A stretch of DNA of 64,000 nucleotides from Candidatus Obscuribacteraceae bacterium (GTDB taxonomy: Bacteria; Cyanobacteriota; Vampirovibrionia; Obscuribacterales; Obscuribacteraceae), in the NCBI GenBank assembly GCA_044226015.1, contig JBGAHS010000001.1:832001-896000 (forward strand), in the 5' to 3' direction. Position numbers and translations under genes: made by a program. Under the pieces are notes generated by a model. The model saw only the letters and a list, made by a program, of their open reading frames with translations. It did not search any database and was not told where the DNA came from. This document shows positions 61,858 to 64,000 of this stretch, one piece after another. Positions within the stretch are counted from its first letter, which is position 1; the number at the start of each line of letters is the position of its first letter.

Positions 61858-63342
61858 ATGAGCATAAAAACCGCTTACGTCTGGGGTCCTGTTTCGAGTT
61901 TCTCTTCGAGCTTGTTAGCCACAATGCTTGAAAATGGGTGGACAATTCACCTGGCGACAAAATCTGCCTTGCAGATTTCGCTGTCACCGCTGGATTTGTC
62001 TTCTTCTGCGCAGCAAAACATTGAAAAGTCTGCCGGAGCTGAAAGATTTAAGTTATTGAACGAGCGCCTTGTGTTCCTGGACAATGGCGAAGTTCAAAAA
62101 GGCACCACATATGATATCGCGTTGTTCATGGGCTTGCCGAGTAATTTCGACGAGCCTCGTGTGTCGCGTGCTCCCTGGGCTGCGGAAGAACTGCCGTCCA
62201 TTGCAGCTAAATTAAAGGGTGTGCCCATTATTATTTTCTCGGCTCTTTCTGGTGGCATTCAGTCTGATGGATCTGTGCCTGAAGAAATTGAGTTCGAGAG
62301 ACGCAAGCCGCGGAGTCATTTCGAAGCCGTTTGCCAGAGCTACGAAGCTAAGATTCTCAAGGCGGTCAACAAGCTCGAAAGCAAGTGGCATCTGGTCCGA
62401 ATTCCTCTGGTCTTGGGAAGCAAGGAGGACGGGCGCAGCTTGAATTTCACTGGGCTCTACAATATTTTGCACGAACTATACAACGCGAAGATTCAGCTTG
62501 GTGATAATCCTGAAACCAAGACACTTGAGCTGCATTACGATCCCAACGCTACTTGTTGGATGCTGCCGGCAGACGTCGCGAGCGCCCTGGTTTTGAGTTT
62601 GATCGAAGACCCTCAGCGACCATCTATATGCAATATCGTATCGACTCAATCGACCCTCTGTCAGGAGTGGATGCATGAGCTTGCGCTGGGCTTGGGCGTC
62701 AAAGAAATCGTTCCGGCAGATAAAGATGCAGTCAATCTGCCTGGTACGCTGCGAGCTGTTTTGAGTGATAGCATTCATGTGAAGACGAGAAATCTCTTTG
62801 AATTGCAAGGGCGTCACCAGCACGTTCCCGTAACTCTAAGCAGCGACTATTTTGCCCGAGTTATAGATTATGCAAATCAGCATAATTGGGGACAAGCAAA
62901 ATTTAGTGCTCCGGAGCCAGGTTTCTCTGCCGAGCACGCAAAAGATTACTTCGAGAATTTCTTGCCAGAAAAAATGGATAAGAAGCTCTTGAAAGATCTT
63001 GCATCTTTTAATGGTGGCATTGCTTTTCAGATAGCCGGAGAGGAAGAATCCTCTTACTTAATTCAATCGGTTGATGGAACTCTTCTAGTGGCAAAATTCG
63101 AGTCTAGCAACCACAAACCGGCAGGCACATTTGTGATTGCTGCAAACACTTTTGCAAAACTGGTTGCTGGCAAAATTTCTTTCGAGCAGGCTTTGATAAC
63201 TCGAGCTGTGCAGGTGAGTGCGGGACCCCTGGCTATGCTTAGAGTCTGTGATTTCGAACGAAAGTTGTTGCGCAAATATCATTTCAGTTCTACAACAAAA
63301 TCAGATGACTCGCGCGTGCTTGAAGGCGCCGTAAAAGAATAA
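61858..63342 (+). CDS. Degenerate extended-SDR (fatty-acyl-CoA reductase-like) domain fused to an SCP2 lipid-binding domain
   Basis: Rossmann-like start, [21 protein letters not shown]-terminal [23 protein letters not shown] is SCP2-like. Confidence 0.65.
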   Translation: MSIKTAYVWGPVSSFSSSLLATMLENGWTIHLATKSALQISLSPLDLSSSAQQNIEKSAGAERFKLLNERLVFLDNGEVQKGTTYDIALFMGLPSNFDEPRVSRAPWAAEELPSIAAKLKGVPIIIFSALSGGIQSDGSVPEEIEFERRKPRSHFEAVCQSYEAKILKAVNKLESKWHLVRIPLVLGSKEDGRSLNFTGLYNILHELYNAKIQLGDNPETKTLELHYDPNATCWMLPADVASALVLSLIEDPQRPSICNIVSTQSTLCQEWMHELALGLGVKEIVPADKDAVNLPGTLRAVLSDSIHVKTRNLFELQGRHQHVPVTLSSDYFARVIDYANQHNWGQAKFSAPEPGFSAEHAKDYFENFLPEKMDKKLLKDLASFNGGIAFQIAGEEESSYLIQSVDGTLLVAKFESSNHKPAGTFVIAANTFAKLVAGKISFEQALITRAVQVSAGPLAMLRVCDFERKLLRKYHFSSTTKSDDSRVLEGAVKE

Positions 63343-63353
63343 GGAGGTCCACT

Positions 63354-64000
63354 GTGGGCATCGCCAATGAAATTACCGAGACCTTTGGGCATACACCGAT
63401 GGTCCGTTTGAATTCTCTGAGCTCAGGGCTCGAAGCAACTGTAGTATGCAAGCTCGAGTTCTATAATCCGCTGAGTTCAGTGAAGGACAGAATTGGTATT
63501 GCCATGGTGAACGATGCCGAGTCCAGAGGACTAATCAAAAGAGGTGAGAGTACTCTGGTTGAACCAACCAGCGGAAATACAGGTATTGCATTGGCTTTTG
63601 TTGCTGCGGCAAGAGGATACAAACTCATTCTCACCATGCCAGAAACAATGTCTATTGAGCGGCGAAAATTGCTAGCAGCTCTAGGGGCACAAATTGTTCT
63701 GACACCAGGCTCAGAAGGTATGCGTGGTGCGATTGCCAAAGCCAATGAGATTGTTTCTCAAACCGAAAATGCATACATGCCACAGCAGTTCGACAACCCT
63801 GCTAATCCGCAGGTGCATAGAGAAACTACAGCTGAAGAAATCTGGCGTGATTCTGACGGTAAAGTTGATATTTTTGTTTCCGGAGTGGGAACAGGTGGCA
63901 CCATTACTGGTGTCGGGCAGGTCTTGAAGCAACGCAAGCCTGGTGTCAAAGTTGTCGCTGTAGAGCCGCAAAACAGTCCAGTAATCACTCAGAAACTTGC
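63354..64000 (+). CDS. cysK: Cysteine synthase A, 3'-truncated by the window edge
   Basis: AAGGAGG RBS, GTG start; [51 protein letters not shown]. Confidence 0.96.
   Translation, partial: MGIANEITETFGHTPMVRLNSLSSGLEATVVCKLEFYNPLSSVKDRIGIAMVNDAESRGLIKRGESTLVEPTSGNTGIALAFVAAARGYKLILTMPETMSIERRKLLAALGAQIVLTPGSEGMRGAIAKANEIVSQTENAYMPQQFDNPANPQVHRETTAEEIWRDSDGKVDIFVSGVGTGGTITGVGQVLKQRKPGVKVVAVEPQNSPVITQKL

Overview
Gene-dense, mostly core-chromosomal bacterial DNA. It is probably from a non-photosynthetic relative of cyanobacteria (Melainabacteria/Vampirovibrionia). That is an inference from the cyanobacterial-type short DprA/SLOG protein, GT9 and BioY, and from the absence of photosynthesis genes in the window. 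Contents: an S9 peptidase tail; a cell-surface glycosylation cluster; ndk and pcrA; a dprA-like/mraY/TPR/kinase/HD-GYP operon; an LCP protein; three type IV pilins with accessory genes; rlmN; secA-tsaB-rimI-bioY; rtcB; mltG; a partial phenylacetate (paa)-type CoA pathway; ligA; a thiolase; and the start of cysK. No transposase, integrase, tRNA, rRNA or true CRISPR array was seen. The most unusual signals are six. (1) An unannotated ~1.4 kb module at 9.3-10.7 kb: a candidate ~400-nt minus-strand structured RNA with a near-consensus promoter, a 35-bp tandem hairpin array, and an orphan HicB-type ribbon-helix-helix protein with a histone-like tail and a structured leader. (2) A promoter / 47-codon leader ORF / terminator arrangement before rtcB that looks like ribosome-dependent attenuation. 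(3) A FUS-like [G/S]Y[G/S] low-complexity region inside PcrA. (4) Two pilins that are almost identical as proteins but differ at about half of their codons. (5) A stand-alone PaaA-type diiron subunit. (6) An Oah/BamA-like ring hydrolase in the same paa cluster. All RNA structures were paired by hand; family calls are from motif recognition, not database searches.
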